Assembly: GCF_004010195.1 (NCBI RefSeq) | Contig: NC_057749.1 | Location: forward strand, 19,627,438-19,675,904 | Reading direction: 5' to 3' | From: Chiloscyllium plagiosum | Taxonomy: Eukaryota | DNA length: 48,467 nucleotides | Part shown: positions 47,902 through 48,467 of the stretch, one piece after another | How positions within the stretch are numbered: the stretch's first letter is position 1 | Layout: every line of letters begins with the position of its first letter | Notes under the pieces: model-generated | The model's input: only the letters and a program-made list of their open reading frames with translations | Database searches by the model: none | What the model was told of the DNA's origin: nothing | Translations under genes and position numbers: made by a program

Positions 47902-48120
47902 GGGAAAAGTATTAGGCCTTTGTTGTTGCTGACTTGATATACAAGTTTGCCCCAGCCCTCCAATCCCTCTGCTCCAATCCCGACCTCACCATCAAGCCAG
48001 CGGATAAAGGGGGAAAGTATTAGGCTTTGTTGTTGCTGACTTGATATACAAGTTTGCCCCAGCCCTCCAATCCCTCTGCTCCAATCCCGACCTCACCATC
48101 AAGCCAGCGGATAAAGGGGG
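47902..48120. repeat. ~109-bp tandem duplication spanning a flank/PLE junction
   Basis: GGGAAA(A)GTATTAGGC(C)TTTG...GCGGATAAAGG occurs twice with two single-base indels. Confidence 0.92.
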
Positions 48121-48467
48121 CGCAGTGGTAGTCTGGCGCACTGACCTCTACATCGCTGAAGCCAAACGCCAACTTGAGGACACCTCTTCCTACCGCCCCG
48201 TTGACCATGACCCCACCCCCCATCACTAAACCATCATCTCCCAGACCATACACAACCTCATCACCTCAGGAGATCTCCCACCCACAGCTTCCAACCTCAT
48301 AGTCCGGGAACCCCGCACTGCCCAGTTCTACCTCCTTCCCAAGATCCACAAGCCTGACCACCCTGGCCGACCCATTGTCTCAGCATGCTCCTGCCCCACC
48401 GAACTGATCTCTATCTACCTCGACACTGTCCTATCCCCCCTAGTCCAGGAACTCCCCACATACATTC
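48056..48467 (+). mobile_element. Young PLE reverse transcriptase N-terminal part, running off the window end
   Basis: LTIKPADKGGAVVVW...[26 protein letters not shown] in one frame with one stop at 48227-48229. Confidence 0.93.

Overview
This is repeat-dense eukaryotic genomic DNA with five N gaps. It is most likely from a cartilaginous fish (shark), inferred from HE1/V-type SINEs, Deu-domain SINEs and dense CR1 LINEs. No complete host gene is visible. Most of the window is nested, decayed mobile DNA: CR1 and L2-type LINE fragments, a 5'-truncated Tx1-clade LINE with a 13-bp TSD, a Tigger/pogo deletion derivative, probable solo LTRs, SINEs and many Penelope-like element (PLE) pieces (RT with DKG motif, GIY-YIG endonuclease, terminal repeats). 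The most notable signal is a set of minimal hammerhead-ribozyme motifs (CTGAnGA-stem-GAAA-short palindrome-UH) from several PLE families. Many sit in 90-215 bp non-coding inserts with their own 8-14 bp TSDs, some folded back into hairpins with an unpaired ~34-40 nt tail, and one carries two tandem hammerhead motifs. The best host-gene candidate is a non-repetitive coding-like exon at 30293-30516 (+), just downstream of the Tx1 insertion. Family names come from motif recognition, not database searches, and boundaries of decayed repeats are approximate.
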